A DNA stretch of 64,000 nt from assembly GCA_018696595.1 (NCBI GenBank), contig JABHQW010000008.1:1-64000 (forward strand), written 5' to 3'. Shown piece by piece: positions 36,966 to 47,561 of this stretch. The notes under the pieces are model-generated. The model did no database searches. It was not told where the DNA came from and saw only the letters and a program-made list of their open reading frames with translations. Made by a program: the position numbers and the translations under genes. This DNA comes from Candidatus Woesearchaeota archaeon (GTDB lineage Archaea > Nanobdellota > Nanobdellia > Woesearchaeales > GW2011-AR9). How positions within the stretch are numbered: position 1 is the stretch's first letter; each line of letters opens with the position of its first letter.

Positions 36966-38003
36966 TCAAGCAACATAATTAGCTAAATTATCCTTTAACC
37001 CTTCTGCAACTTCATCAATATTATCAACAGTAATGGGGGCAGGATTAATGTAACCACCAATATTAGCTCTACCGCCACCACCGCAACTTTGAGAAAAATG
37101 ACTAGCATCAAAATCACATTCTGATAACATCATCACATTATTAACAGGATTACCTAAAGCTAAACAATAGATGTCTGCTTGTCCTGAAAACATTTTTGCC
37201 ATTTTTCTTAATCCATCTTTTTGTGGTAAGAGAGGATTACCATAAGCAAAAATTATTTTTAAATCATTACTCTCAAAAAGTTGAGCAGTACCATAAATTG
37301 TGTTTAAAGCGGATTTTTCCAATTCATCATACTTATCAATTAATCTCTGTAAACCCCTATTAAACTTCCCCTTAATAATTGCTCTTTCAAAAGACAAATT
37401 ATTTACTAGTCTTAACAAATTAAAATCCGCTGAAGCAACAGATTTAGCCCCATAATAGTTTAAAGAAATTATTTTTTGTAAATCATTTCCCAATTCTGGA
37501 TGAATACCATTTCCAGGATTATCATGTTCTAAGGCAATTTTACTCAACCAATCACAATAAGCATCACCATTAAGAAAGTTAGCATAAACTATTCGAGAGG
37601 AACATTGATTAATACCAGTTGCCAACATTAAGTCAACCCCCATTTCTTCTAAGTGCGGTTGTGCTCCTTTTGTAGTATCATGATGATCAACCCAATGAAG
37701 ATTGGTGTTATGGGCCAATTTTTTTATAACATTTTCGCCACTATCTTTTGCAGAGAGTAGATGGCCATTAATTCCTAAATCTAAAACATAAAAATCTTCA
37801 CCTAAACAGTTTTCTGAAAGTTTAGCTAAACCAATGAAAGTTTCAGAAATATTACTATACCTACCAAAACCAAAACTAGCAGAAACATTACAAGATCTAA
37901 GGTGACGCATTAAAAGCGCCATTGAAATTATCCCATCAGGATCTTCTCCATGTGAGATTACTATTGGCCTATTAATCATTTTTTGTTTAAGAACCCCCAT
38001 CAA
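36966..38003 (-). CDS. DHH family phosphoesterase
   Basis: HGEDPDG, LDLG, VDHH and C-terminal GGGGR motifs. The start is probably MINRP at 37979. Confidence 0.75.
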   Translation of the reverse strand: MMGVLKQKMINRPIVISHGEDPDGIISMALLMRHLRSCNVSASFGFGRYSNISETFIGLAKLSENCLGEDFYVLDLGINGHLLSAKDSGENVIKKLAHNTNLHWVDHHDTTKGAQPHLEEMGVDLMLATGINQCSSRIVYANFLNGDAYCDWLSKIALEHDNPGNGIHPELGNDLQKIISLNYYGAKSVASADFNLLRLVNNLSFERAIIKGKFNRGLQRLIDKYDELEKSALNTIYGTAQLFESNDLKIIFAYGNPLLPQKDGLRKMAKMFSGQADIYCLALGNPVNNVMMLSECDFDASHFSQSCGGGGRANIGGYINPAPITVDNIDEVAEGLKDNLANYVA

Positions 38004-38015
38004 TAAATTTAATAA

Positions 38016-39080
38016 TTAATTTCTAATTTTTTCTATTGCTTTCTTGATTTCATCTTCAAAACCTAAAGAACCATCTTCATCAGTATCTTTCTTTTCAGAA
38101 CCAATCTTAATAACTTCCGGTTTAACAATTAAAGTTTCTTCTTTCTTCGCTTCTTCTTTATATTTAACTTTCCAAGTTTTATCTTTTATCTTTTTCATAA
38201 CAGAGTCAACATCATAACTTGGCTGTTTTGCTTCCCACAATAAAGTTTTATTCAGCCCATCATCTTGTGATCTTGGTAAAATATGAACACACAATTTCCC
38301 TTCTGAATTGTCATCAGTAGTTCCAGATTTCAAGATAATGTTTGTTCCTTGAGAACCTAATCCCTCAAAAACTAAAGTTGCCGCTAATGAAGCAGTAGAG
38401 AATAAATGAAATGATTCTTCTATTGATAAATTTTCAATTAAACTTTTCTCAACTTTAGAATAAACTTCAATGTGTCCTTTAACAACACCTTTTTCTGGGA
38501 CAACACATAAAACTTGTTCATCCTCATAAAGAACATGACCATTTTCATAAACTTCTTTTAGAAAACTTGGTTGTTCGCCATTCCCAGTATGCCAACTCAT
38601 TGGATTTCTTTTGAAATGGTTGCCCATCATGATTGGGAAATTGTTTTGCAAAACTTTTAATTTTTCATCTTCTAAAGTTTCTTTTTGTTTCCAGAAAAAA
38701 TTGAAGAACCCATCGCCTTGATCTCTTGGAAAAATGTGCATTAAAAAATGTCCTGCTTGTTGTCCTGCTACTCCGCCAGAAGCAATAAAAACATTGCATG
38801 AGGTTGTGACCATAGCCTTTTTAACAGCTTCACACATTCCGGGAACTAAACCAAATAAATGTTTGAATTCTTCTTGTGGCATATAAGGAAGAATAGGATA
38901 ATGTTCTTTTGGTAAGAATAAAGTGTGCCCTTTGATTGCTGGATAAATATCAACCATTGCAACTGTAACGTCATCTTCAAAAACTTTCTTTGCTTCCATT
39001 TCTCCGGAGATCAATTTACAGAAGATACATTGTTTCTTTTGCTCTTGTAATTGAGCTTTCATTTCTGGTGTAAGATTCAT
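38016..39080 (-). CDS. Tandem HIT-domain protein with degenerate HIT triads
   Basis: CIFCK...DIYP..KGHTL...GQQAGHFLMHIFPR; second domain ends KLCVHILPR. Confidence 0.8.
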   Translation of the reverse strand: MNLTPEMKAQLQEQKKQCIFCKLISGEMEAKKVFEDDVTVAMVDIYPAIKGHTLFLPKEHYPILPYMPQEEFKHLFGLVPGMCEAVKKAMVTTSCNVFIASGGVAGQQAGHFLMHIFPRDQGDGFFNFFWKQKETLEDEKLKVLQNNFPIMMGNHFKRNPMSWHTGNGEQPSFLKEVYENGHVLYEDEQVLCVVPEKGVVKGHIEVYSKVEKSLIENLSIEESFHLFSTASLAATLVFEGLGSQGTNIILKSGTTDDNSEGKLCVHILPRSQDDGLNKTLLWEAKQPSYDVDSVMKKIKDKTWKVKYKEEAKKEETLIVKPEVIKIGSEKKDTDEDGSLGFEDEIKKAIEKIRN

Positions 39081-39083
39081 TTT

Positions 39084-39599
39084 TTATTTTAAGATTATTT
39101 TATGTCTTTCTTGAAGATCACTTAATAACACTTCCAATTTAGAGACATAAGGAATGGTATCATCAAAACCATTACAACATTTGATTAATTCTATGTTCCC
39201 TTGACCTTTTAAATAAGTATCATCTCCCCCAACTAAATAAATATATCCATGGCTTTTAATAGTTTTTTGATTAACACCATCAAGAGTTATAGGAAAACTG
39301 TGTTTTCTCTTTATTCTTGTAGGATATCTCAAATTTGTTCCTTCATTTGATAATACTGCTTTCAACAAAGCAACACTACCAAATTCTGTAAGATAAATAA
39401 TCCCCTCATCGTTAGATTTTATAGGGCCATCAAAATCACAATGAGAACCGTGTAACAAAAGTTGATGTTCAATATTTAGATAATCTAAAAAATCTTCAAC
39501 TAATAAGCCCCCTTTTCTTAATTCATCTAAATCATCAGAACTAATTACAGTGCCATTTTGAAAATCATGTTGACCCATAAATTGATTGAATTTTTCCAT
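39084..39599 (-). CDS. Hypothetical protein (LLHGS motif)
   Basis: Clean ORF packed between neighbours; family not recognised. Confidence 0.6.
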   Translation of the reverse strand: MEKFNQFMGQHDFQNGTVISSDDLDELRKGGLLVEDFLDYLNIEHQLLLHGSHCDFDGPIKSNDEGIIYLTEFGSVALLKAVLSNEGTNLRYPTRIKRKHSFPITLDGVNQKTIKSHGYIYLVGGDDTYLKGQGNIELIKCCNGFDDTIPYVSKLEVLLSDLQERHKIILK

Positions 39600-39649
39600 C
39601 TTCTATCTAGAACACCCACAACCACAAAATAATAAATTAAAAAAGAAAT

Positions 39650-40570
39650 TTACTTCTTCTTGCTTTTCTCAACTTCTTTAGTTAACTTCAACTTCTTAAT
39701 CAGTTCTTTATACCGATTTCGAATAGTTACTTCAGTAACTCCAGCAACATCAGCAACTTCTCTTTGAGTTCGTTTCTCACCATGAATAAGACTAGCAACA
39801 TAAAGTGCAGCCGCAGCAATTCCAGTTGGACCCCTACCAGAAGTTAATTCAATATCTCGAGCATGTTCAAGAATCTCAACAGACTTACTTTGAGTTTCTG
39901 CTGATAATTTCAAAGCAGAAGCAAACCGAGGGATATAATCTGCAGGATTTGAAGGTTTAATACTGATTTCTAGTTCTCTAGTAACAAATCTGTAAGTTCG
40001 ACCAATTTCTTTCTTCTCAATACCAGAAGCCTCACCCATTTCATCTAAAGTTCTAGGAACTTCATGTCTTCGACATGCTGCGTATAAAGCACCAGCAACA
40101 ACTGATTCCATGCTTCGGCCACGAACAAGACCTTTCTGAACAGCTTGCCTATATATTCTAGCAGCCTCTTCTTCAACTGATTTAGGTAATTTTAAGAATG
40201 AACTTACTCTTTTAAGTTCAGCTAAAGCAACTTTTAAGTTTCTTTCAATTGCAGTACTAATTCTGATATTCCATTTTCTTAATCTAAAGAATCTGTCCCT
40301 TTCCCGATCTGAGCTTAATTTATAGAAATCTGAGGTATTCCCGACTTCAGTGCCTAAACCCTGATCAAAAGAAGTTTCTGAAGTTGGAGCTCCAGTTCTA
40401 CGTTTAGTATTAGCATCATCTTCAAATGTACGCCATTCTTGGCCAAAGTCAACCATTCTGTCCTCAATAACTAACCCGCAATCTCTACAAATAGTTTCGC
40501 CTTTCTCTCGATCTCCAAATATATTCTTACTAGCACATTCAGGACATTCCTTCAGTTGTTTCCTTATCAT
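39650..40570 (-). CDS. tfb: Transcription initiation factor IIB
   Basis: CPEC...CRDCG Zn ribbon, EWRTF, two cyclin repeats, GVTEVTIRNRYKEL. Confidence 0.97.
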   Translation of the reverse strand: MIRKQLKECPECASKNIFGDREKGETICRDCGLVIEDRMVDFGQEWRTFEDDANTKRRTGAPTSETSFDQGLGTEVGNTSDFYKLSSDRERDRFFRLRKWNIRISTAIERNLKVALAELKRVSSFLKLPKSVEEEAARIYRQAVQKGLVRGRSMESVVAGALYAACRRHEVPRTLDEMGEASGIEKKEIGRTYRFVTRELEISIKPSNPADYIPRFASALKLSAETQSKSVEILEHARDIELTSGRGPTGIAAAALYVASLIHGEKRTQREVADVAGVTEVTIRNRYKELIKKLKLTKEVEKSKKK

Positions 40571-40736
40571 TTTTGAGTCACCTTTAGTATAGAACTATCA
40601 CCGTGTAATCGTTACATTTAAATATAAATTGCAACACCTCTTTATAAATGTTTCGGTAAAGCAACCCCAAACAGTCATTTTTTCTAAACTTAAACAGCCG
40701 ATACCTTTATATACTAAAAAGTAAACTCTCCAGACT

Positions 40737-40883
40737 ATGAAACTTACAAAAAGAGGTCAGTTAGGAATCATCGAATTTAAATATTTCATGGTGGGATTAG
40801 TTGTTGGAATAATTATTGCATTAGTCTTAGTTTATCTTGGAACCGCAGAAATTTTACCATTTAAAATTCCATTAGTCTGCTGA
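40737..40883 (+). CDS. 48-aa minimal pilin-like membrane protein
   Basis: MKLTKRG-QLGIIEFKYFMVGLVVGIIIALVLVYLG...C: class III cleavage motif plus one TM. TTTATATA box upstream. Absent from the ORF track. Confidence 0.7.
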   Translation: MKLTKRGQLGIIEFKYFMVGLVVGIIIALVLVYLGTAEILPFKIPLVC

Positions 40884-41011
40884 TAGAAATCAACTAGTTC
40901 TTTGTTTTTTAGATTATAATAGTTTTTAAAACCAATTAATATATCCCTGACAATAGAAAACGTTATAACTGAATTCTTTTTAATTAAACTACAAAAAACG
41001 AGGTACATACA

Positions 41012-41533
41012 ATGGATGTAGAAAGAATTCAAAAAGTTAACAATCTTGCTCTTGATTTAATGAAACAAGGCCTAGCACAAGACCGGGAAGAAGCAGTAAC
41101 TAAAGCCGAAGAGATTTTTAAAGAAAGAGATACAGAAGATTATGCTAATATTAGAGAAACAATGCAAGAAGGTAAAGAAAAGACAGAAGAACCAACACCA
41201 GAAACTCCCAAATCAGAACTATCTGAAGATAAAATTAAAGATATCCTGGGGAAAAACACACAGTTTATTATTAAAACATTCAAAGAATTTCAAGGGAAGT
41301 TAGATTCTATGCAAAGAGAAATTGAGTTTCTAAGAAATACTTCTGGAAGAAGCTCTGCGGTTAAACAGATTGTAACTAATGAAGTTAAAGACGTCCCCCC
41401 ACCAGTACAAGAACCAAAATCAGAAGTAACTCAAGAACAAAAACCGGCTAGTCAAGAGAGCCATCCACGTTCTGGAGATTATAAGGAAAACGACGTTTCA
41501 ATTGAAAAATTCTTCTATATGGGCAATAAATAA
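41012..41533 (+). CDS. Hypothetical coiled-coil protein
   Basis: Clean ORF with GAGGT SD; C-terminal DVSIEKFFY motif. Confidence 0.7.
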   Translation: MDVERIQKVNNLALDLMKQGLAQDREEAVTKAEEIFKERDTEDYANIRETMQEGKEKTEEPTPETPKSELSEDKIKDILGKNTQFIIKTFKEFQGKLDSMQREIEFLRNTSGRSSAVKQIVTNEVKDVPPPVQEPKSEVTQEQKPASQESHPRSGDYKENDVSIEKFFYMGNK

Positions 41534-41641
41534 GCCCTTTTTATTCTCTTTGTTTTTCTTAACTGTTTACTGACGAAAAACACCTTATTTCTAAAGTATA
41601 GTCTGCAGTATATAAATCTTTAAAAAACAAATTGACTACTC

Positions 41642-43153
41642 ATGAATAAAAACTCTGTGGGGTGGGTTAAAATTAAACTAAAAATACTTATTGGATTACT
41701 AGCAATTATACTTTTTATTAGTTCTTTTTCTGCTTTTGCAGATGCGCCTTTCGCAACAACAGGCATAGAAATCACTGAAAATGAAATTACAATAGACGTT
41801 GATTATGAAAAATTCAATGACGACAATCAAGATACTATTTCAGTTTTAACAAATCAGATTACAGTTAAAAACAATAACCCAACAGAAGTAAAAATCCTCT
41901 TAGATGTTTCTAATTTACCTTCTGACTATTCTTCTGAAAGCCAAGAACTAACAATTGCAGGAAATGCAAGCGTTAATGCTAACTTAAATCTTAATGTACC
42001 CCATGAAGAAGAACCAGGAAACTCAACTATTGGAGATGTAGTTGTTTTGGGCGAAGGCAACGTTGAATTAGACAAAGCAACCTTAACTCAAGAAACTAAA
42101 TCAATGTTAGAAATGACTCATATAAAAGTGAAATACTACATTGAAGCAGAAAATGAAGAGTCAGATTCATTTGATTCCGATACGGAAGACTCTTTTGAAT
42201 TGGATGAAAAAGTTCAAGTTTATAGTGAAATCACATTAGAAATTAAAATTAAAAACTTGTTAGATGATAAATACGATGTTGATATCGATAATGTTAAACT
42301 AACTATTGAAGCAGATGATAATGACTTATTTGAAAGCGGCTTTGATGAAGAATACGAATTAGATAACTTAAAAGGAGAAGAAAAAATAGAAGAAACAATC
42401 ACATTTATGATCGATGAAGAAGCTGATGTAAAAGAATATACTTTAGAACTTACCTTGGAAGGAGAAGATGAAGAAGGGATAGAATACAAACTTAAGAAAG
42501 AAATCACGTTTGAATTAGAAAGTAAAAAAGATGACATTCGGATTTTAAATGTTGAAACAGTTCCTGAAGAAATTACTCTTTGTGAAAGTCAAGTGACTTA
42601 TTCCGTTTCTTTAAAGAATCTGGGACATAAAGACCAAAAATATGTTGCCTTATCCATTTTCAATGAAGAACTTAAGATTAATGAGAATATCCAAACAATA
42701 AATCTTGAAGAACATGGCGATGAAGATTCTTGGGACAAAGAATTCACCCTTAACTTAAAAAATGTAAAAGCTAAAGATTACGATTTAGACATTACTACCT
42801 ATGTAGACAACGATGAACCTGTTGATTATGAACGGTTCAAGTTAGTTATAGGTAAGTGTATTAAAGAAACAGTTGAAAAAGTTGAAGTTAAAGAAGTGTC
42901 TAAAGAAGAAGAGATTGTAGAATCAGTTACAGAAGTAATTGTTAGTAACTTAGACACAGAACAAAACAACAAAGAAACAGTAACAACAACTACCTCAACA
43001 AACCAAGAGGGAGATCTTATTTCTTCATCTGCGGTTGTTGAAACAGTAGAAGACTCTTATAGCAAAGAAGACTTTATTGTAGGAGTTATGTTAGTTGCCA
43101 TTGTGATGATCTTAATTTTGATCATTGTATTCTTTGTAGTATTACTAAAATAA
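41642..43153 (+). CDS. Acidic S-layer-like surface protein with C-terminal TM anchor
   Basis: Signal peptide, D/E-rich Ig-like repeats homologous to those in 43200-47456, Thr-rich linker, TM helix. Confidence 0.7.
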   Translation: MNKNSVGWVKIKLKILIGLLAIILFISSFSAFADAPFATTGIEITENEITIDVDYEKFNDDNQDTISVLTNQITVKNNNPTEVKILLDVSNLPSDYSSESQELTIAGNASVNANLNLNVPHEEEPGNSTIGDVVVLGEGNVELDKATLTQETKSMLEMTHIKVKYYIEAENEESDSFDSDTEDSFELDEKVQVYSEITLEIKIKNLLDDKYDVDIDNVKLTIEADDNDLFESGFDEEYELDNLKGEEKIEETITFMIDEEADVKEYTLELTLEGEDEEGIEYKLKKEITFELESKKDDIRILNVETVPEEITLCESQVTYSVSLKNLGHKDQKYVALSIFNEELKINENIQTINLEEHGDEDSWDKEFTLNLKNVKAKDYDLDITTYVDNDEPVDYERFKLVIGKCIKETVEKVEVKEVSKEEEIVESVTEVIVSNLDTEQNNKETVTTTTSTNQEGDLISSSAVVETVEDSYSKEDFIVGVMLVAIVMILILIIVFFVVLLK

Positions 43154-43199
43154 GAGACGTGATAGTTGTTAAAAATTAAAGTTAATTGAGGTTAAAAAA

Positions 43200-46100
43200 A
43201 TGAAATATGGAAAAACATTACTGATTTTGTTCATCTTACTTGCAGCCCTATTTGTTACTGCAAAAGCAGCTTTAGGTGCAGTAGTAGTTGATGAAATTGA
43301 AGATCAAACTGCAGTAGAAGGAGTAGAGTTTGAACTACCCGTCACCGCACACAACGAAAATAACATTAATGTAGAGATATTTTCGATCTCTCAAGCAGAT
43401 TCTATATTAGAATGGCTAGGTTTAAAAAACGATGCGGAAGGTAATCTTCGTATCCTTTATGAAACACCAGAAAGCAATAATATTGGAACTAAAGAAATTT
43501 CGGTTGTAGTTAATGATGGAGTAGATTTATCTGAAGCTGAAACATTCAACTTAACAGTTAAACCCGCATTAGAAATTACCCAAATCACAATTGGCGGAAA
43601 AGTTTGGGATGGAGAATCAGAAGTAAATGTAACTCCCGGACAGAATGTAGAAGTTAAAGTCGAGTTTGTGAATAATTTTAACCAAGACATGGGACATGTT
43701 GACTTAGAAGCCAATACAAATCCAAATATTAATGAAGAATATTCAGTTGAACCTGGTGTTTGTGAAGGAGTAGATTGTAATGATGGAGATTGGTATTTAG
43801 GAAAGGAAAATGGTAAAGGAGAAGATGAATTTATTTTTCAAGTACCCTACATTATTGGTGAAGAATTTGATCTAAGCATCGAAACAACATATGATGATTT
43901 CTTATTATTTAATTGGTTCCCCTGGTTAGAGGGATTCTTTGATAATTATAAATACGAAAAAATCATCACATTCAACGTAGAAAAAGATTTAGCAGACATT
44001 TACTTAGATGAAGATGAAGAATTCACATTCTTGTATGATGAAGAATTAACTTGTGTAAAATCAACAGATTTAACATTACATCTATTCAACACTGGAGAAG
44101 AAATAATTACTCCCGAATTATTAATTTATAATAAAGAAGGAAATAATTTTAATTCTGTAACTGGTAAATTTTCTAGTTTCACTGGAGGAGAACCAGCAAT
44201 TAACATTGCAGAAGATTTAATCCCAATTGCTCCAGGAGATGACCCTTCGCTTGATTACGAGGATGTTGAAGGATTAAGATTAAACCTAACAGCACTTGAA
44301 GAAGGAGACCACACTTTGTATGTTTACATTGTAAACCCATACTTTGATGGTGAAACAAAACACATTGCTGGATTTACAACCTTTGATGTAACAGTAGGAC
44401 CTTGTTTAAATGTTGAAGCAATTGAAGAAGTTTTAACAATGAGTAAAGGTGGAGATGCACCAGAGAGTATTAATTTCTTTGAAGTTAATGCAGATAACGA
44501 ATATATTTACATCTTTGAAGATTACAAGATTGATGAAGTAGAACAAGTGTACGAAGATATCTTAACTTTCAATTTTGTTGAAGACAATGAAGAAGAAGGA
44601 ATCTTTGGCCAAAGTAACTTAGATTTGATTTCTTGTAGTGTTATAGACAACGTTTTAAGTTGTTTAAAACCAGTAGATAACGAAGCAGGAAGTTCAGAAC
44701 TATTAATTGAAGTTACTGCAGACACTTACCCTTCAGTTGTTGAAGAAACAGTTGAAGTAACTGTTGGAAACACTTTAGAAGTAACTGAAGTAAAGATTAA
44801 TGGAGTTTCTGTTGAAGAAGATGGAGAAAGTGTTTCTTTAGAACCATTACAAGAAACAAAGTTTCAGGTTACTTTTAAGAACCATTTAGACCATTACGTA
44901 ACAAATGTTGGTATGATGGTTTTTGTTGAAGGAGAAATGTTGTTAATAACAGGAAATGGTGAAAGTGTTAATATTGCACCAGGAAGTACAAAAACAATAA
45001 CTTTAACAGACAACTTACCAAAAGACATTGTTAGTAACATTTATCCAACAGACATTTTACTTGCGGGTGAAGATGAATTAAATAATGAAGAAATACAAAG
45101 TGATTTATTTAGTTTTAATTTAGTAGTAGAACTAGACCCTAATAACTTAATAATCTCAAAAGCAGAAATTGAAGAAGATGACTTAGAGATTATCTGTAAA
45201 ACTGAAGTGAATCTTTTCTTAGAACTTACCAATACTGGAAGTAATACAGAAAAAGATGTAATCATTAGCTTGTTAGGAAACGACTTAGATTGGTCAAGTT
45301 ATATGACTAATGAAGAAGGAGAAATCGAAGGAGAATTGATTACAATAAAAAGTGCTAAAGTTTGGGGAGATAATGAGAATGGAGAAGAAGGACATTTCAT
45401 AATCCCAACAGATGGATTCCATGTAGGAGAAAATACAATTACTATTGAAGTAAAATATACTGGATCAACAAGTAAAGACGGAGCATTACATAAAGAAACT
45501 GAACAAGTTACCATTAACAAAGCTTCATGTATTGCAGAAGAAATTCCAGAACATGACTTTTGGGTTCTAGCTAATGATATGACAATTAGTGACCCAGTAG
45601 AAATTCCAAATGGTTTAGAGATTGTCTTAGCAGAAGAAGGTTATGATAGTGAAGTTGTTTGGTATGTAAATGATGAGGAAGAAACAGAAGGACCAACAGA
45701 CAACACATACGATTTCTCATCCGATGTTGATGGAGAATATGAAATCTATGCAATGATTGGCGGAGAAAAAAGTATGGTCTGGACAATCTTTGTAACTGGT
45801 GTACCAATCTCAGATTCTGGATTATTCCCAGAAGATTACTTTGAAGATAAAGACGCTGGAAACGTAGAAGACTTTACTGTTGAAAATGGTTTTGGTAAAA
45901 TTGTTTTTAATGAAGCAGTAAATCTAAACAGTATCTTAAACATCGATGAAGTGATTAGTATTACTAATGGACAAGTTTCTGTTGATGCTGATTTTGCAAT
46001 AGAATTAGATGTTCCAGCAACAATTACTTTGAAAAAAGAATTCAGCCAACATGTAATTTTGTTAGCAGAAGAATATATTGACAACGAAAATATTAACTTT

Positions 46101-47456
46101 GCTCTTTGTCCAGAAGATGTTTGTCAGGGAATAAGCAATGACAATGGAGAATTTGTTTTCACAGTTCCTGGATTTTCAACTTACAAAGTAGTAGAAAATA
46201 AAGAAGCAAACTTCGAAGTGGCTGATGTTATTATTGCAGATGTTGATAGAGGAGATAATACTAGTGTTGAAGTAACTATTAACAATGTAGGGGTTCTAGA
46301 CTCCATTACTGGGGTTACCGTTGAATTAGAAGACTTTAGCAGTGATTACAGCGCAGTATTATCTGACAACATTCCAAGTACAGTTAAAGCTGGAGAGAAC
46401 TTCAAAGTAACTTTAGACTTAGCTGTCCCAGATGATGAAAACTCTGGCCAACATAAAGTTGGTAAGATTAAAGTTTCTGGTCAGAAGAACGGCGAAGCAG
46501 TTTCCACCACAGCAAATGTTTACTTAAACCCAATCAGTCACTTAAGTATTGAAAGTGTTAAGTTAAATGGTAAAACTAGTGGAGATTTATCTGTTGATGA
46601 AGATAATGAATTCAAAGTAAAAGTGCAAAACGATTACACTGAAGATTTAGAAGATGTTGTTGTTACTGTAACAGTTTTAGATGTTGACAATGATGACATT
46701 GAAGAAGAATCTGATGAATTTGATCTAAACAATGGAGATGATGACACAGTAGAAATTACTTTTGACTTATCTGGAGAGGAACTAGAAGACGATACTTATG
46801 ATGTTGAAATCAAAGTTGAAGGAGAAGCAGATGACGGAAGTGAACATGAGACTATTGAAATCATTACTGTAGACGTTGAAAGAGAAGATCATAAAGTTGT
46901 GATTAAAGAAGTTGACTTAAGTGCTAGCTTTGTAGAATGTAGCAGACATTCAACATTAGAAGTTACCGCAGAGAATGTTGGTAATAAGAATGAAGATGTT
47001 GAAGTAACTGTTAAGAACACTGCTCTTGGCTTAGAAGAAACTAAAGAAATGGATTTAGACAAGTACTCTGGAAGTGATCCAAAGGACAATGTTAAGTTCT
47101 TCTTAGATTCTTTCTTAGCTGACGCTGATGCAGGATCTTACCCATTAACCATTGAAGTTAGGTTCGATGATGGTGATGAGAAAGAAACTGAAAGTGTTAC
47201 TATTGAAGTTAAAGACTGTGGCACAACTAGTAGTGCTTCTCAAGGACAGAACCAGTTAGCTGATGATTTGTTAGCACTGCAATTACAACAGCAGTTACAA
47301 GACCAGTTAAACGCACAAAAAACAACTGTGGGAAAAAGTTCAGTTCAGTCTTCATTCAGAGAAAGTAATACCTACACATTATTGTTAGGAGTACTAATTG
47401 TCTTAGTATTGTTCGCAATGATCTTGGCTATTGCAGTAATGATGAAGAAGAAGTAA
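43200..47456 (+). CDS. Large acidic S-layer-like protein with repeated Ig-like domain pairs and C-terminal TM anchor
   Basis: Signal peptide; three repeats of the LEIT/LSIE...V.N......D...NTG module; terminal TM and KKK. Confidence 0.75.
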   Translation: MKYGKTLLILFILLAALFVTAKAALGAVVVDEIEDQTAVEGVEFELPVTAHNENNINVEIFSISQADSILEWLGLKNDAEGNLRILYETPESNNIGTKEISVVVNDGVDLSEAETFNLTVKPALEITQITIGGKVWDGESEVNVTPGQNVEVKVEFVNNFNQDMGHVDLEANTNPNINEEYSVEPGVCEGVDCNDGDWYLGKENGKGEDEFIFQVPYIIGEEFDLSIETTYDDFLLFNWFPWLEGFFDNYKYEKIITFNVEKDLADIYLDEDEEFTFLYDEELTCVKSTDLTLHLFNTGEEIITPELLIYNKEGNNFNSVTGKFSSFTGGEPAINIAEDLIPIAPGDDPSLDYEDVEGLRLNLTALEEGDHTLYVYIVNPYFDGETKHIAGFTTFDVTVGPCLNVEAIEEVLTMSKGGDAPESINFFEVNADNEYIYIFEDYKIDEVEQVYEDILTFNFVEDNEEEGIFGQSNLDLISCSVIDNVLSCLKPVDNEAGSSELLIEVTADTYPSVVEETVEVTVGNTLEVTEVKINGVSVEEDGESVSLEPLQETKFQVTFKNHLDHYVTNVGMMVFVEGEMLLITGNGESVNIAPGSTKTITLTDNLPKDIVSNIYPTDILLAGEDELNNEEIQSDLFSFNLVVELDPNNLIISKAEIEEDDLEIICKTEVNLFLELTNTGSNTEKDVIISLLGNDLDWSSYMTNEEGEIEGELITIKSAKVWGDNENGEEGHFIIPTDGFHVGENTITIEVKYTGSTSKDGALHKETEQVTINKASCIAEEIPEHDFWVLANDMTISDPVEIPNGLEIVLAEEGYDSEVVWYVNDEEETEGPTDNTYDFSSDVDGEYEIYAMIGGEKSMVWTIFVTGVPISDSGLFPEDYFEDKDAGNVEDFTVENGFGKIVFNEAVNLNSILNIDEVISITNGQVSVDADFAIELDVPATITLKKEFSQHVILLAEEYIDNENINFALCPEDVCQGISNDNGEFVFTVPGFSTYKVVENKEANFEVADVIIADVDRGDNTSVEVTINNVGVLDSITGVTVELEDFSSDYSAVLSDNIPSTVKAGENFKVTLDLAVPDDENSGQHKVGKIKVSGQKNGEAVSTTANVYLNPISHLSIESVKLNGKTSGDLSVDEDNEFKVKVQNDYTEDLEDVVVTVTVLDVDNDDIEEESDEFDLNNGDDDTVEITFDLSGEELEDDTYDVEIKVEGEADDGSEHETIEIITVDVEREDHKVVIKEVDLSASFVECSRHSTLEVTAENVGNKNEDVEVTVKNTALGLEETKEMDLDKYSGSDPKDNVKFFLDSFLADADAGSYPLTIEVRFDDGDEKETESVTIEVKDCGTTSSASQGQNQLADDLLALQLQQQLQDQLNAQKTTVGKSSVQSSFRESNTYTLLLGVLIVLVLFAMILAIAVMMKKK

Positions 47457-47561
47457 CTTCTTTCTTTTTATTTTTTATTTTTTATAATTTTCTATTTATT
47501 TTTCTAAACATCACTAAAAAACCATAACAAATATAAACAATCTAATTATTTTCCAACCTAA

